Program-made: the position numbers and the translations under genes
Origin: Arsukibacterium sp. UBA3155
GTDB lineage: Bacteria; Pseudomonadota; Gammaproteobacteria; Enterobacterales; Alteromonadaceae
Assembly (NCBI RefSeq): GCF_002364615.1
Contig: NZ_DEYP01000026.1
Location: forward strand, 54,488 to 118,487
DNA length: 64,000 bases
Direction of reading: 5' to 3'
Shown here: positions 63,960 through 64,000 of the stretch, in pieces
Position numbering within the stretch: the stretch's first letter is position 1
Layout of the letters: every line of letters begins with the position of its first letter
Notes under the pieces: generated by a model
Database searches by the model: none
Seen by the model: the letters and a program-made list of their open reading frames with translations, nothing else
Told to the model about the DNA's origin: nothing

Positions 63960-64000
63960 TTCTCGTCCCTCACTATACCGAAAATGGCTTACTATATAAG

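Overview
Chromosomal window from a marine or aquatic gammaproteobacterium. Gene order and style suggest a Rheinheimera/Arsukibacterium-like member of the Alteromonadales/Chromatiaceae (inferred, not searched). Most of it is core genome: katG, gor, prlC, rsmJ, a peroxiredoxin, an LPS-core cluster, recQ and pdhR-aceE-aceF-lpdA. It also holds secreted peptidases (M16, two S8, S9), a Zur-boxed His-rich TonB receptor and a c-di-GMP phosphorelay cluster. No rRNA, tRNA, CRISPR array, integrase or transposase was recognised. The main unexplained pattern is that three unrelated housekeeping genes (peroxiredoxin, yhiN-family flavoprotein, lpdA) are each followed by AT-rich cargo and then by a diverged second copy of their own 3' end. 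The cargo genes are a Cys/His triple-repeat protein, a beta-propeller-like protein and a Tae4/Tai4-like toxin-immunity set. This suggests integrase-independent cassette capture at gene 3' ends. Other notable items: a WaaA-KdkA fusion, a candidate RAPP ribosome-arrest leader peptide upstream of a CBS gene, an S8 protease frameshifted by an 8-bp tandem duplication, and an ERIC-like element in the lpdA leader.
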